A stretch of DNA of 64,000 bases from Camelus ferus (taxonomy: Eukaryota). Positions 63,836 through 64,000 of this stretch are shown here, piece by piece. Each line of letters starts with the position of its first letter. The first letter of the stretch is position 1. The translations under genes and the position numbers were made by a program. The notes below the pieces were generated by a model. That model ran no database searches. It saw only the letters and a list, made by a program, of their open reading frames with translations, and was not told where the DNA came from. The stretch is taken from NCBI RefSeq assembly GCF_009834535.1, contig NC_045696.1, forward strand, positions 118,050,001 through 118,114,000, in the 5' to 3' direction.

Positions 63836-64000
63836 ACAAATTGGTAATAGGGTATCAGGAGTTGGCTACATATGTTACACTAATTATGACATTACAGAAT
63901 TTGGAAGGAGTAGCATATTAGAAGGAATAACATTACGTTCTTTAAGTGTTTTTGGTAGAATAGTATTTCAACTTCTATTGTTTCTATGTCTATTTTAAAA

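Overview
Mammalian non-coding DNA that is rich in repeats. Five copies of a tRNA-derived SINE resembling camelid vic-1, plus the L1 3' tail types, suggest a camelid (inference). I found no intact cellular protein-coding exon. The only recognisable gene sequence is a near full-length CBY1 (Chibby) processed pseudogene (17213-18358, 13-bp TSD), frameshifted by a 5-nt GTGAG insert that looks like the first bases of an intron. The most unusual structure is a TSD-flanked L1 derivative (51687-54126). It has a 5'UTR and ORF1 but no sense ORF2, followed by an antisense ORF2 segment with a strong one-strand A>G bias (ADAR-like), a poly(A) tract and a probable 3' transduction. Other notable items are four independent ERV1-type solo LTRs within 3.3 kb (one MER41-like with a GAS motif), an orphan 3'UTR-like retro-insertion that splits a Charlie1 transposon, and several apparently repeat-free blocks with clustered transcription-factor motifs. 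Repeat family names come from recalled consensus features, not from a database search, and boundaries of old repeats are approximate.
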